NCBI GenBank assembly: GCA_043815505.1 | Contig: JBDRIV010000003.1 | Span: forward strand, 1-60,238 | DNA from: a bacterium | GTDB taxonomy: Bacteria; Patescibacteriota; JABMPQ01; JBDRIV01 | DNA: 60,238 bases | Reading direction: 5' to 3' | Shown here: in pieces, positions 44,504 to 55,788 of the stretch | How the letters are laid out: each line of letters starts with the position of its first letter | How positions within the stretch are numbered: the first letter of the stretch is position 1 | Program-made: the position numbers and the translations under genes | The notes under the pieces: model-generated | Seen by the model: only the letters and a program-made list of their open reading frames with translations | Database searches by the model: none | Told to the model about the DNA's origin: nothing

Positions 44504-46879
44504 TTAAGAAAATTCTTGTTTGGGGACGTCGTCATCAAAATCTTCCTCGTGGTCTTGTGCTGCTTGTCCCGAGTCATGTCGAAGGGAGCTTGTCGAAGCA
44601 TCGTCCTCTTCACCTTTTGCTGCTTGATCCATTAAGTCTGAGGGTGGGGCATCGTCACCCAACTGATCTTGTTTCACCAAAATTTCACGCGGTTTAGCAC
44701 CATCACCGGGACCAATAATTCCTTCTTCCTCAAGCATATCAAGTAATCTAGCCGCTCTAGCATAACCGACTCGCAAACGACGTTGCAAAAATGAAGCTGA
44801 AGCTTTGTCGGCTTGTAAAACAGTTTTTTTGGCTTCATCATAAAGTTCATCCTCGGAAGAAAAGTCGTTGTCATCACTTCTAGTACTGCCGCCGTTTATT
44901 AATCTAGCGGAATGTTTTTCGGTAACTTCTTCTAAATAATCTGGCTCACCTTCTTGTTTAATAAATTTAGTAACTTTTTCCACTTCACCTTCAGAAACTA
45001 GTGAGCCTTGAATACGGCGCGGTTTGCTTAAATCGGAAGTGATGTAAAGCATATCACCAGAACCAAGAAGTTTTTCGGCGCCGGCGGTATCAATAATCGT
45101 GCGGGAATCAATTTGTGAAGCAACTGTAAAAGCAATACGCGACGTAATATTAGCTTTAATAAGGCCCGTAATAACATTGACCGAAGGTCGCTGCGTAGCC
45201 AGCACTAAATGAATTCCAACTGCACGTGCCATTTGCGCCAAACGCACAATGGCAGCTTCAACTTCATTGGGAGCCACGACCATCAAATCGGCCAACTCAT
45301 CAATTATAATTACAATGTAAGGTAAACCATTGGCCTTAGCTTTGGAATTATAAGATTCAATGTCGCGAGAATTAGTTTCGGAAAGCAATTGAAATCTTCT
45401 ATCCATTTCTCCCACTGACCAGCGCAAAGCATTAATGGTTTTATCAACTTCATTTACTACCGGAGTTAGCAGATGAGGCAGGCCATTGTAATTGGTCATC
45501 TCCACTTTTTTCGGATCAACCAAAATCATTTTCAAATCTTCTGGTGAGTTTTGATAAAGTAAAGTTAGAATTAAAGTATTGATACAAACAGATTTTCCAC
45601 TTCCAGTAGCACCAGCAATTAAAAGGTGAGGCATTTTAAATAAATCGGCAATTTTTGGTTTGCCAGCCACATCTCGTCCCAGTACCACAGAAAGATTTGT
45701 TCGCCTGTTCTCAAATTCTTTAGTTTCTAATATTTCGCGCAAACGAACAGTAGCCACCGACTGATTAGGGACCTCAATTCCTACCAGCGCTTTACCCGGA
45801 ATTGGCGCTTCAATTCTAATCGGATGGGCAGCCAGCGCTAAAGCAATATCATTTTGCAAAGTTACAATTTGATTTATTTTTACACCCGTGGCTGGTTTTA
45901 ACGAATACTGCGTCACAGTTGGTCCAACGCTAACATCACTCATTTCTACATCAATCCCAAAATTGGCTAAAGTTTGTTGAATCTTGCGTGTGTTAGTATG
46001 AATGTCACCCGAAGTTGGTTTGTCTCCTCGTCTTTCTAATAAATCTAGAGGAAAAGGTTTCCAGTTGGCAGATTTCTTTTTACTGACGACTGGCAAATTT
46101 TCTTCCGTCTCTTCTTCCATATCAATATCTTTAGAACTAAATTCTGCTTCCACTTCTTCTTCAGAAACTTCATTACCATCAGAAATTTCTTTTATTTCCA
46201 CATCTCCTTTAGGCATTGCTTTCTGAGAAACATTTTTTATGGCGTTAACTCCCTTGGAAGATAAATCTAAACTTTTATCTTTAATAATATTTAATTTTTC
46301 TAAGATTTGTTGAATGGATAAATTAAACATCATAAACATGCCAGCCAGAAAGGCAGCAATATAAATTATAAGCGCGGCCCAAAATCCCATGGCAGACATT
46401 AATGGATAAGCTGTAGCATAACCAATATATCCTCCACCTTTTCCATCACGGGCAACGTTCAATAATTCATTTGTGTCATAAAAAACGTGAAGCAATCCGG
46501 TTAAACCGATATAAAATATAATAATTCCAAAAACTTTTCCCTTGGTAATTTCCATGTTTTCTGCTCGCACTTTAGCATAAGCAATAAAGGCAAATAGGAT
46601 TGGCAAAGTTACTGCTGTCCAGCCGAATACTTGGTAAATTAAGTCGTTCCAAAATTCTCCCATCACACCAGCTAAATCAAAAAGGGAAAGCAAGGTAATT
46701 AAAGCTAACACAGCAAAAATAATTACAAAAATAGATTTTTTTGTAGCCGGTGAAAGATTTAACGCCCAATTAAATCCAGGGGGCATTTCATTTTTTGGTG
46801 GTCGTCCAGGACCACGTCCAGATTTCTTCTTGGTGTCTTTTTTTGGCGGACGGCCAGGTCCGCGGCGTTTTTTGGCCAT
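44504..46879 (-). CDS. ftsK: DNA translocase FtsK/SpoIIIE
   Basis: I prefer the start MAKKRRGPGRPPKK at 46879. It has N-terminal TM helices, Walker A GATGSGKS and a gamma-domain-like C-terminus. Confidence 0.93.
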   Translation of the reverse strand: MAKKRRGPGRPPKKDTKKKSGRGPGRPPKNEMPPGFNWALNLSPATKKSIFVIIFAVLALITLLSLFDLAGVMGEFWNDLIYQVFGWTAVTLPILFAFIAYAKVRAENMEITKGKVFGIIIFYIGLTGLLHVFYDTNELLNVARDGKGGGYIGYATAYPLMSAMGFWAALIIYIAAFLAGMFMMFNLSIQQILEKLNIIKDKSLDLSSKGVNAIKNVSQKAMPKGDVEIKEISDGNEVSEEEVEAEFSSKDIDMEEETEENLPVVSKKKSANWKPFPLDLLERRGDKPTSGDIHTNTRKIQQTLANFGIDVEMSDVSVGPTVTQYSLKPATGVKINQIVTLQNDIALALAAHPIRIEAPIPGKALVGIEVPNQSVATVRLREILETKEFENRRTNLSVVLGRDVAGKPKIADLFKMPHLLIAGATGSGKSVCINTLILTLLYQNSPEDLKMILVDPKKVEMTNYNGLPHLLTPVVNEVDKTINALRWSVGEMDRRFQLLSETNSRDIESYNSKAKANGLPYIVIIIDELADLMVVAPNEVEAAIVRLAQMARAVGIHLVLATQRPSVNVITGLIKANITSRIAFTVASQIDSRTIIDTAGAEKLLGSGDMLYITSDLSKPRRIQGSLVSEGEVEKVTKFIKQEGEPDYLEEVTEKHSARLINGGSTRSDDNDFSSEDELYDEAKKTVLQADKASASFLQRRLRVGYARAARLLDMLEEEGIIGPGDGAKPREILVKQDQLGDDAPPSDLMDQAAKGEEDDASTSSLRHDSGQAAQDHEEDFDDDVPKQEFS

Positions 46880-46983
46880 AACAAAAATATCTTTAAAATT
46901 ATGTATGTTTCTTAGAGTATTATACCTTATTTTTGTTAAATGTGAAAGAGGGGTTTTTAGCCTTGTTTTAGGTATTTTTGAGC

Positions 46984-47024
46984 AAATCAACAACCACCAG
47001 CTTAACGCTGGTGGTTGTTGATTT
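46984..47024 (-). terminator. 18-bp perfect-stem hairpin downstream of rpoC
   Basis: AAATCAACAACCACCAGC-TTAAC-GCTGGTGGTTGTTGATTT. There is no clear U-tract on the minus strand. Confidence 0.5.
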
Positions 47025-47047
47025 ATAATTTATTTTTTCTCTACCTT

Positions 47048-50000
47048 TTATTTTTTCTTCTTACTAGCCTCAAATCCAGTTCCAGCGGGAATTAATTTAC
47101 CGATAATTACATTTTCTTTCAAACCTTTCAATTCATCTTTCTTTCCAGTTATGGCAGCGTTAATGAGAACGCGAGCGGTTTCTTGGAAAGAGGCAGCTGA
47201 TAAGAAACTGGAGGTGGAAAGCGAGGCTTTAGTAATTCCGAGCAGAAGATCATCAGCTTCGGGTGGAACTTTCCCAGCATCTTTCATTTTCTTAACTTCT
47301 CTGTCAAATTTTAATTTGTCTACAACCTCACCATCAAGTAAGGTAGATTCACCGGAAGCTTTGATGCGAACGCGAGAAAGCATTTGACGAATGATAACTT
47401 CCACATGCTTGTCATTAACATCTTGTCCTTGACTGGAATAGATGTATTGCACTTCGCGCAAAATGTAACGCATGACAGCATCACGTCCAGCTACTTGAAA
47501 TAAACTTTGTAAATCAATTGGACCTTCTGTTAACTGCTGACCTTTAGCAACCACTTCACCATGTTTAACCCACAATACCGCATCGCTTGCGATAGTGTAA
47601 GATTTTTCCGTTTCCCCTTCACCAACAACAAACAATTTATCATTTTCTATTTTCACAACACCGGGTTCTTTAGCATTTACATTCTTTTCATTTTTATCGC
47701 GAGCTAATGTTTGACCTTTAGCAACCGCGTCATTGTCTTTTACCAATACCTGCAAATCCTTAATACTACCATATTCAACTTTTTTAACATCTTTTCTAAC
47801 AATATTTAGAACTTTTTGACCATCTTCAGCTTCTTCGATATGAGCCAAGCCGTCTCGATCGGAAACTAAAGCTGGCTTTTTAATTCCGCGAGCTTCAAAC
47901 AATTCTTCCACGCGAGGCAAACCTTGAGTAATATCTTCAGCCGAAGCTACACCACCAGTATGGAAGGTGCGCATAGTTAACTGTGTTCCCGGCTCACCAA
48001 TGGACTGCGCAGCAATAATTCCTACCGCCTGACCAAATTTGGCCACACTGTTATAACCAAGATCCCAGCCATAACATTTTTGGCAGAGTCCTCTTTTGGC
48101 TTTACATGAAAGCACCGAGCGAATTAATATTTCCGAGACTTCTTTTTCATCAACGGCAGCGGCCATTTCTTTAGAAATGTAGTCGCCTTTTTTACCAATG
48201 ATTTTATTTCCCACTTTCAAATCTTCAGCCAACACTCTACCAAGCACGCGTTCACCCAGTGAACGATTTACACTTTCGGTATCAACTCTTTTCATTAAGA
48301 AACCATCTTTATCTTTACAATCTTCTTCATAAATTATTACGTCTTGCGCAACGTCAATTAAACGACGAGTCAAATAACCAGCGTTAGCGGTTCTAAGAGC
48401 GGTATCGGATAAACCTTTTCGAGCGCCATGAGTAGAAATAAAATATTCCAGAACATTCAAACCTTCTTTGAAGGAGTTAATAACTGGCAACTCAATAGTT
48501 TTACCAGCTGGGTTAGCCATTAAACCTCTAATTCCCATCATCTGTACAATTTGAGGCCAACTACCACGAGCACCAGAATCTACCATGGAATAAACTGGAC
48601 CGAATTTATCCAACGTATCAATGGAGACTTTGGTAATATCTTCTTTAATCTGCGCCCAGATTTCAATAATTTTTTTGTAACGTTCTTCATCGGTTAGCAA
48701 ACCGCTCTTAAATTGCTGACGAACTTCTTCCACTTCATTATTACCGCGTTCAATCAAATCGGTTTTTTCTTCTGGTAAAACTAGGTCGTCCATACCCCAA
48801 GAAACTCCGGCAATGGTTACGGATTCAAAACCAAGATTCTTAATGTTATCGACAAATTCTATTGTTTCATCAACTCCCTTGGTTTCAATAATTTCAGCTA
48901 GCAATGCTTTTAGTTTCTTTTTAGTCATTAATTCATTCATATAGTAGAATTCTTTTGGCAAAATTTCGTTAAACATAATTCTACCAACTGAAGATTCAAT
49001 TATTTCATCAGTTTTTATTCTCACTTTAATTTTGGCTTGCAAATGAACATCGCCATTGCTAAAGCTCATCATGGCTTCATCTTCAGTAGAATAAATTTTA
49101 CCAGCACCAAGAACGTCTTCACGAATATTAGTAATGTAATAAGATCCGAGCACCATATCTTGAGAAGGAGTGGTGATTGGTTCACCAGTTGCAGGTTTGA
49201 GTAAGTTCCTGGCAGATGACATAATATTTTCTGCTTCTTCACGAGCCATAACAGTTAACGGCACATGCACAGACATTTGGTCACCATCAAAGTCAGCATT
49301 AAAAGCTGAACATACCATTGGATGAATTTGAATAGCTTTACCTTCAATTAAAACTGGTTTAAAAGCTTGAATGGAAAGTCTATGCAGAGTTGGGGCGCGA
49401 TTAAGCATCACATAATGACCCTTAATTACCTCTTCTAACATGTCCCAAATTTCTTTGCGACCTTCTTCAATTAATTTACCAGCGCTTCTAACATTATGAG
49501 CATATTCATTTTCAATAAGTTTTTTGATTACAAATGGTTTGAAAAGTTCCAAAGCCATTTTCTTAGGAATTCCACATTCGTCCAATTTTAGATTTGGTCC
49601 AATAACAATTACGGATCGTCCAGAATAGTCAACACGTTTTCCGAGCAAGTTCTGGCGGAAACGACCTTGCTTACCTTTAAGCATGTCAGCCAAAGAACGC
49701 AAAGCGCGTTTTTGGCCGGTGGTTGCAGAAACTGCTTTACCACGACGAGCGGAGTTATCAATTAATGCATCAACCGCTTCCTGCAACATTCTCTTTTCAT
49801 TGCGACAAATAACTTCGGGAGCATTTAATTCGTTTAATCTTTTAAGACGATTATTTCTATTAATTACCCGACGATACAAATCATTTAAATCTGACGCTGC
49901 AAAACGACCACCATCCAGTTGTACCATTGGACGTAAATCGGGAGGAATAACTGGCAAAGTTGTTAGAATCATCCATTCCGGACGAATCTCGGCCTTGATT

Positions 50001-51007
50001 AAACTTTTTACTAATTCCAAACGGCGCTTCATTTTTCTTTTATGAGAAGCGGTAACTTCAACCAATTCAACTTCCAACTGCTTAACCAGATCGTCTAAAT
50101 TAATTTTTTCTAAAATTCTGCGAATTGCTTCAGCACCAATGTCAGCCTCAAAAACTTGACCATATTTCAAAGATAAATCGCGGAATTCTAATTCGGTAAT
50201 AATTTTTAAAGGTTTAAGATCGTTTAATTCTTTTTTAGCAATTTGCAAGGCTTTTTTAAGAATACTGTGTTCTTTTTCTTTGGAATCAGAAATATTTACC
50301 ACTCTTTTATCTGCTTCGTCTTCAATTTTCTTTCTTTCGGCTTTTGCTTCAGTTTTAGCCAAAGAAGACATTTTATCCTTGTTTAAATCATTAAACATTT
50401 TTTCATATTTTTGATCAATAGCTTTTTTCTTTTGTTTGAATTCGGAATTGATCATTTCTAAAGCGATTTTCTTTTCTTCTTCATCAACTTCTAAAACAAT
50501 ATAGTTAGCAAAGTAAATAACTTTCTCTAATTCCTGCACACTTAAATCGAGCACCAAACCAACTTTAGAAGGTACACCGCGCAAAAACCAAATATGAGAA
50601 ACGGGAGCGGCCAATTGAATATGTCCCATGCGTTCACGACGAACAACCGCGCGCGTAACTTCCACGCCACATTTATCGCAAACTATGCCTTTATAGCGAA
50701 CGCGTTTGTATTTACCACAATAACATTCCCAATCTTTGGTAGGTCCAAAAATCTTTTCGCAAAACAAACCATCTTTTTCCGGACGTTGCGTGCGGTAGTT
50801 GATGGTTTCTGGTTTTTTAACTTCACCGTGCGACCATTCCAACATTATTTCAGGAGAAGCTAGCTTTAAGCGCATGGCATCAAAGTTTTGTGTGATTGTT
50901 TGTTCGTGATCACGAAAATCATTACGGCGATCTTCAAAACGATCATCGCGTCGCTCGTCATTATTTTCGTTGTTAGTTGTAGTTTTAGATATAGATATTT
51001 CTGGCAT
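47048..51007 (-). CDS. rpoC: DNA-directed RNA polymerase subunit beta'
   Basis: 1319 aa. It has the NADFDGD catalytic motif and a zinc-binding N-terminus. Confidence 0.97.
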   Translation of the reverse strand: MPEISISKTTTNNENNDERRDDRFEDRRNDFRDHEQTITQNFDAMRLKLASPEIMLEWSHGEVKKPETINYRTQRPEKDGLFCEKIFGPTKDWECYCGKYKRVRYKGIVCDKCGVEVTRAVVRRERMGHIQLAAPVSHIWFLRGVPSKVGLVLDLSVQELEKVIYFANYIVLEVDEEEKKIALEMINSEFKQKKKAIDQKYEKMFNDLNKDKMSSLAKTEAKAERKKIEDEADKRVVNISDSKEKEHSILKKALQIAKKELNDLKPLKIITELEFRDLSLKYGQVFEADIGAEAIRRILEKINLDDLVKQLEVELVEVTASHKRKMKRRLELVKSLIKAEIRPEWMILTTLPVIPPDLRPMVQLDGGRFAASDLNDLYRRVINRNNRLKRLNELNAPEVICRNEKRMLQEAVDALIDNSARRGKAVSATTGQKRALRSLADMLKGKQGRFRQNLLGKRVDYSGRSVIVIGPNLKLDECGIPKKMALELFKPFVIKKLIENEYAHNVRSAGKLIEEGRKEIWDMLEEVIKGHYVMLNRAPTLHRLSIQAFKPVLIEGKAIQIHPMVCSAFNADFDGDQMSVHVPLTVMAREEAENIMSSARNLLKPATGEPITTPSQDMVLGSYYITNIREDVLGAGKIYSTEDEAMMSFSNGDVHLQAKIKVRIKTDEIIESSVGRIMFNEILPKEFYYMNELMTKKKLKALLAEIIETKGVDETIEFVDNIKNLGFESVTIAGVSWGMDDLVLPEEKTDLIERGNNEVEEVRQQFKSGLLTDEERYKKIIEIWAQIKEDITKVSIDTLDKFGPVYSMVDSGARGSWPQIVQMMGIRGLMANPAGKTIELPVINSFKEGLNVLEYFISTHGARKGLSDTALRTANAGYLTRRLIDVAQDVIIYEEDCKDKDGFLMKRVDTESVNRSLGERVLGRVLAEDLKVGNKIIGKKGDYISKEMAAAVDEKEVSEILIRSVLSCKAKRGLCQKCYGWDLGYNSVAKFGQAVGIIAAQSIGEPGTQLTMRTFHTGGVASAEDITQGLPRVEELFEARGIKKPALVSDRDGLAHIEEAEDGQKVLNIVRKDVKKVEYGSIKDLQVLVKDNDAVAKGQTLARDKNEKNVNAKEPGVVKIENDKLFVVGEGETEKSYTIASDAVLWVKHGEVVAKGQQLTEGPIDLQSLFQVAGRDAVMRYILREVQYIYSSQGQDVNDKHVEVIIRQMLSRVRIKASGESTLLDGEVVDKLKFDREVKKMKDAGKVPPEADDLLLGITKASLSTSSFLSAASFQETARVLINAAITGKKDELKGLKENVIIGKLIPAGTGFEASKKKK

Positions 51008-51018
51008 GTGTGTCTCCC

Positions 51019-54000
51019 TTATTTCTTAACTTTTTTATCTTTGGCAACATCTCTTTTCTTAGCGGTGGCAGCTTTTTTTGCTGCTTTGTCTGCCTTTTTG
51101 TCTTCCTTTATTTCATCTTCTTCATTTTTAAGAAGATCCACGTCTAAACATAAACTTTTCAACTCTTTAGACAAAACATTAAAGGATTCAGGAATGTTAG
51201 GTTTTCTAATCGGTTCACCTTTAACAATAGATTCGTAGGTTTTACTTCGTCCCAGCACGTCGTCAGATTTTATAGTTAACATTTCCTGCAAAGTATGAGC
51301 GGCACCATAGGCTTCTAGGGCCCAAACTTCCATTTCTCCAAATCTCTGTCCACCAAATTGGGCTTTGCCACCGAGTGGCTGTTGAGTAACAAGTGAATAT
51401 GGTCCAATTGATCGTTGGTGAATTTTGTCTTCAACCATATGATGAAGTTTCAACATATAGATAATTCCTACGGTTGTTCTTTCCGAGAAATTTTTACCAG
51501 TACGTCCATCAATCAATTGAACTTTTCCATCTTCAGGAAGTCCAGCTTTTTTCAATTCTTCTTTAATAGTTTTTTCTTTTACACCATCAAGAACTGGACT
51601 AGCCACTTTATAACCAAGTAACTGCGCTGCCCAACCAAGATGGGTTTCTAAAATCTGACCAATATTCATACGAGAAGCAACACCCAGGGGATTTAAAACA
51701 ATATCAACTGGGGTGCCGTCTGGTAGATGAGGCATGTCTTCGGATGGAACGATTCTGGAAATAACACCTTTGTTACCGTGACGACCAGCCATTTTATCTC
51801 CTACTTGAATTTTTCGTAATTGCGCTACCGAAACTTGAATAGATTTAATTACACCAGTTGGCAATTTATCACCGTTTTCGCGAGAGAATATTTTTACATC
51901 CACAACTTTTCCATGTTCACCGTGCTGCAAATATAGCGAAGTATCTTTAACATCGCGAGCTTTTTCACCAAAAATGGCACGCAGCAATCTTTCTTCTGCC
52001 GTTAATTCAGTTTCACCCTTAGGGGTAATTTTTCCAACCAAAATGTCGCCGGAAGAAACTTGGGCACCAACGCGAATAATTCCTTCTTCATCCAAGTCTT
52101 TCAATTTTTCTTCACCGACATTAGGGATATCACGAGTAACAACTTCAGCGCCCAATTTGGTGTCGCGGACATCAATGGAGAAATCTTCAATATGAATTGA
52201 GGTATAACGATCATTTTGTACCAAGCGATCAGAAACTAGAATAGCGTCTTCAAAATTACCACCCTCCCAAGCCATAAAAGCAACTAACACGTTTTGTCCG
52301 AGTGCTAATTCCCCATCTTGAGTAGAGGCTCCATCAGCAATAACTTGTCCTTTTTTGACTTTTTCGCCGATATTAACAATTGGTTTTTGGTGCATACAAG
52401 TTGAGGTGTTGGAACGGACGTAATTTTGTAAATCATAAACTTTAGTATCACCAGAATTACCCAGAATTTTAATTTGGTCACCAGAAAGCTCAATAACTTT
52501 TCCTGCTTCTTTGGTTGTAGCCACAGCACCGGAGTCAACCGCTACTCTACCTTCAACACCGGTACCAACTACAGGAGATTCGGGTTTAATTAGAGAAACG
52601 GCTTGGCGTTGCATGTTTGAACCCATGAGGGCGCGATTGGCGTCATCATGTTCAAGGAAAGGAATAAGTGAGGTTGAAACCGAAACAATTTGCTTGGGAG
52701 AAACATCCAAATATTCAATTTTACCAGTTGGCTCGAAAGCCGATTCACCACGCACACGACACTCAGCTCGATCATTTACAAAATATCCTTCTTCATCAAT
52801 CGGAGTGGTGGCGGGAGCAGTCACGGCGCGCTCTTCTTCAAAGGCATCCAAATAAACAATTTCGTTGGTGACAATAGATTTGATAGAAATTTTATCAATA
52901 GGGACAGCCACAATTTGATTGGCAATTTCTTCAGTAATTTTTGTACCAGCTTCTACCACTATTTTTTCAGTTTCCGGATGGAAAACATCTTTGTGAAGAG
53001 TTTTGCCAAGCAACTCAGATTTTTTGTTAGGAACTTTTCTTAAAACTTTTCGGTAAGGAGTTTCAATAAAACCATATTCATTTATGCGAGCATAAGATGC
53101 TAAATGACCAACTAGCCCAATGTTAGGACCTTCCGGAGTAGCAATTGGACAAATTCTGCCGTAATGAGATCTATGTACATCGCGGACATCAAAGCCGGCG
53201 CGTTCGCGCGACAAACCACCCGGACCCATGGCAGATAATCTACGTTTGTGATCCAGTTCGGAAAGCGGATTGGTTTGATCCATAAACTGTGAAAGCTGGG
53301 ATGATGTAAAAAATTCTCTGATTGATGAAATAACAGGACGGGCATTTACCAGTTGAGCTGGAGAAACGGTGTTTAAATCACAAGTGGACATGCGGTCGCG
53401 AACAATTCTTTCCATACGAACCAGACCAACGCGCAATTTGTTTTGAATTAATTCACCTACGGAACGAACGCGACGATTGCCAAGATGATCAATATCATCT
53501 GGTTCATCTTGCTCAACATTTAATCTAATAATCTCGCGCATAATAGCCACAATATCTTCTTTTCTAAATACTCTGTTTTCCGGAATATTTTTTACGTCCA
53601 TGTCCAAGCGTTGGTTCATTTTAAAACGACCAACTTTACCGAAATCATAACGATCAAAAGAGAAAAACATGGCTTCAATAAGTGATTTGGCATTATCCAC
53701 TGTAGCTAGGTCTCCCGGACGAATTCTTTTATAAACTTCTTTGAAACCTTCGGCAGTTGAATTGGAAGGATCTTTTTTCAAAGTCGCTTCAATATATTTT
53801 TTATCAACGCGTGTATCAATATCTCTAAAGTTTTCTTTAATTTCTTCATCGGTACTAAATCCAAAAGCTCGCATTAATGCTGTAGCAGGAACTTTTCTTT
53901 TACGATCAATTTTAACACTAATTACTCCGGAGTTATCAGTTTCAAATTCTAACCAAGCACCACGATTAGGAATAACCTTGGCACCAAAAAGTTTTTCATC

Positions 54001-54462
54001 TTTGGAATATTCGGCCGTAAAGAAAGCACCTGGTGAACGCATTAATTGCGTAACCACCACGCGCTCTACGCCATTAACAATAAAAGTTCCACGATCAGTC
54101 ATGAGCGGGAACTCACCTAAATAAACTTCTTGTTCTTTAACTTCTCCTGTTTGTTTGTTCAATAATTGAACTTGGCTGCGAAGAGCGGCCTCAAAGGTTG
54201 CGTTGCGTGACTTGGATTCGATTTCATCCATTTTAGGTTCGTCGAAATAGTAGTCACTAAATGACAATTCCAGGCCCTTGCCTGTAAAATCTTTGATGGG
54301 TGAGATTTCGTCGAATAGTTCCTTTAAACCTTTTTTTAGAAACCAGTCGAAGGATGCGTTTTGAACTTCAATGAGATGAGGAAGTTCGATAACATCATGT
54401 TTAGGTGTAAAATACCTGCGCCGTTCTTCACCAGACAGCGCTTGAGTTGTTTTTTCTGACAT
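51019..54462 (-). CDS. rpoB: DNA-directed RNA polymerase subunit beta
   Basis: 1147 aa, typical beta-subunit sequence. It sits 11 nt upstream of rpoC. Confidence 0.97.
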   Translation of the reverse strand: MSEKTTQALSGEERRRYFTPKHDVIELPHLIEVQNASFDWFLKKGLKELFDEISPIKDFTGKGLELSFSDYYFDEPKMDEIESKSRNATFEAALRSQVQLLNKQTGEVKEQEVYLGEFPLMTDRGTFIVNGVERVVVTQLMRSPGAFFTAEYSKDEKLFGAKVIPNRGAWLEFETDNSGVISVKIDRKRKVPATALMRAFGFSTDEEIKENFRDIDTRVDKKYIEATLKKDPSNSTAEGFKEVYKRIRPGDLATVDNAKSLIEAMFFSFDRYDFGKVGRFKMNQRLDMDVKNIPENRVFRKEDIVAIMREIIRLNVEQDEPDDIDHLGNRRVRSVGELIQNKLRVGLVRMERIVRDRMSTCDLNTVSPAQLVNARPVISSIREFFTSSQLSQFMDQTNPLSELDHKRRLSAMGPGGLSRERAGFDVRDVHRSHYGRICPIATPEGPNIGLVGHLASYARINEYGFIETPYRKVLRKVPNKKSELLGKTLHKDVFHPETEKIVVEAGTKITEEIANQIVAVPIDKISIKSIVTNEIVYLDAFEEERAVTAPATTPIDEEGYFVNDRAECRVRGESAFEPTGKIEYLDVSPKQIVSVSTSLIPFLEHDDANRALMGSNMQRQAVSLIKPESPVVGTGVEGRVAVDSGAVATTKEAGKVIELSGDQIKILGNSGDTKVYDLQNYVRSNTSTCMHQKPIVNIGEKVKKGQVIADGASTQDGELALGQNVLVAFMAWEGGNFEDAILVSDRLVQNDRYTSIHIEDFSIDVRDTKLGAEVVTRDIPNVGEEKLKDLDEEGIIRVGAQVSSGDILVGKITPKGETELTAEERLLRAIFGEKARDVKDTSLYLQHGEHGKVVDVKIFSRENGDKLPTGVIKSIQVSVAQLRKIQVGDKMAGRHGNKGVISRIVPSEDMPHLPDGTPVDIVLNPLGVASRMNIGQILETHLGWAAQLLGYKVASPVLDGVKEKTIKEELKKAGLPEDGKVQLIDGRTGKNFSERTTVGIIYMLKLHHMVEDKIHQRSIGPYSLVTQQPLGGKAQFGGQRFGEMEVWALEAYGAAHTLQEMLTIKSDDVLGRSKTYESIVKGEPIRKPNIPESFNVLSKELKSLCLDVDLLKNEEDEIKEDKKADKAAKKAATAKKRDVAKDKKVKK

Positions 54463-54553
54463 AAAAAACTTGCCCCTATTATTAAAAATACGAGCTTATG
54501 ACCAAAGTTGGTCGCCCTAAGTGATTAGCTTACGAGTTGTATACATGTAGATA

Positions 54554-54581
54554 ATGATACTATAAGTCTATTCTTTGTCAA
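54554..54581 (-). promoter_or_regulatory. Candidate sigma-70 promoter (TTGACA-16-TATCAT) for rpoBC
   Basis: The reverse complement reads TTGACA aagaatagacttatag TATCAT. Confidence 0.4.
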
Positions 54582-54624
54582 ATTTATTTTGGTAATTTGG
54601 CTATTATTGGCTTAATTAAGCCTA

Positions 54625-55281
54625 TTATTGCCGTATAATTTTTCCATCTAAAAAGACTTTTTCTTTGCCTTTGGTAATGGCTGGTTTTTTTATATACAAA
54701 GGACTGGCAACAGTAATTTCTTCTTCATTTTGAATTAAACTTGCTAACTCGGGTAATAAATTATATGTTTTCACATTTTTTATTTCGATATCTTCTAAAT
54801 TTTCTGCCAATAAATTTTCCTGTTCTAAAATTAAATCGCCTACTATTTTTTTAGGATTGATGTTCTTTATTTCTTTAAAATCCATAGCAGCAAAATCATT
54901 TTTACTAATCGATCTGGCAATATATAATGTTTCAGCGACTGCGGTGATAACAAAAAGCGTATCGACTACATCATCCACATGTTCAAAAAGTAACTGAAAA
55001 CGATTTACTGCATATAGTGGAATCTGCAAAGCAAAACTTAAAGCATTAGCGGTGGCCACTCCAACTCTTAAGCCGGTATAATTACCAGGACCATTTACAA
55101 CAGCTATTCCTTTTAAATCAGAAGTTTTTAAATTTAAACGATGCAAAACATTATCAATTTCAGGAAGTAATGTTTCAGAATGATTATTTTTTCCCGACCA
55201 AAGCTCCACTTCTAAAATATCAGCTCCTTGCAAGATCGCAACTTGAACTTTTTCGCTGGTAGTATCAATTGTTAAAATCAT
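54625..55281 (-). CDS. tsaB: tRNA threonylcarbamoyladenosine biosynthesis protein TsaB
   Basis: 218 aa. MILTIDTTSEKVQVAIL... with GPGNYTGLRVG. Confidence 0.85.
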   Translation of the reverse strand: MILTIDTTSEKVQVAILQGADILEVELWSGKNNHSETLLPEIDNVLHRLNLKTSDLKGIAVVNGPGNYTGLRVGVATANALSFALQIPLYAVNRFQLLFEHVDDVVDTLFVITAVAETLYIARSISKNDFAAMDFKEIKNINPKKIVGDLILEQENLLAENLEDIEIKNVKTYNLLPELASLIQNEEEITVASPLYIKKPAITKGKEKVFLDGKIIRQ

Positions 55282-55329
55282 GGCTCAATTTTTTTGTTTA
55301 TGTTAAAATGAGATTATTAATTTTATTTT

Positions 55330-55788
55330 ATGTCTATTCCCTATTTTATCATCATTCCCGTTATCGTGGTAGCCATTACACAAACAATTAAGTTTATTTT
55401 GAAAAGCTACGATAAAGATACTAAAGAAATGGAACCTAATTGGCGTTATTTGGACGATTATGGTGGTATGCCTTCAAGCCATACAGCTTTTATGATGTCT
55501 TTACTAACAATTGTTTTGTTACACGACGGTTTGAATACTATCACAGCTGCTATTACTACAATAATTACTATTGTGATAATCCGCGACGCGCTTGGGTATC
55601 GTATGTATTTGCAACGGCACGCTGAGGTTTTAAATAAACTGATAAAAAGATTACCGGCAGAAGATCATAAGAATTACCCTCAGCATTTAGAAGAAACTGT
55701 TGGTCACACTATTTGGGAAATTCTCGTTGGTGGCGCTTTAGGAATTTCTATTTCAATTTTACTTTGGTATCTTTTAAATCTGGGCTAA
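55330..55788 (+). CDS. Divergent PAP2 / DUF212 family membrane protein
   Basis: 152 aa. GGMPSSHTAF motif and 4 TM helices. Confidence 0.8.
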   Translation: MSIPYFIIIPVIVVAITQTIKFILKSYDKDTKEMEPNWRYLDDYGGMPSSHTAFMMSLLTIVLLHDGLNTITAAITTIITIVIIRDALGYRMYLQRHAEVLNKLIKRLPAEDHKNYPQHLEETVGHTIWEILVGGALGISISILLWYLLNLG

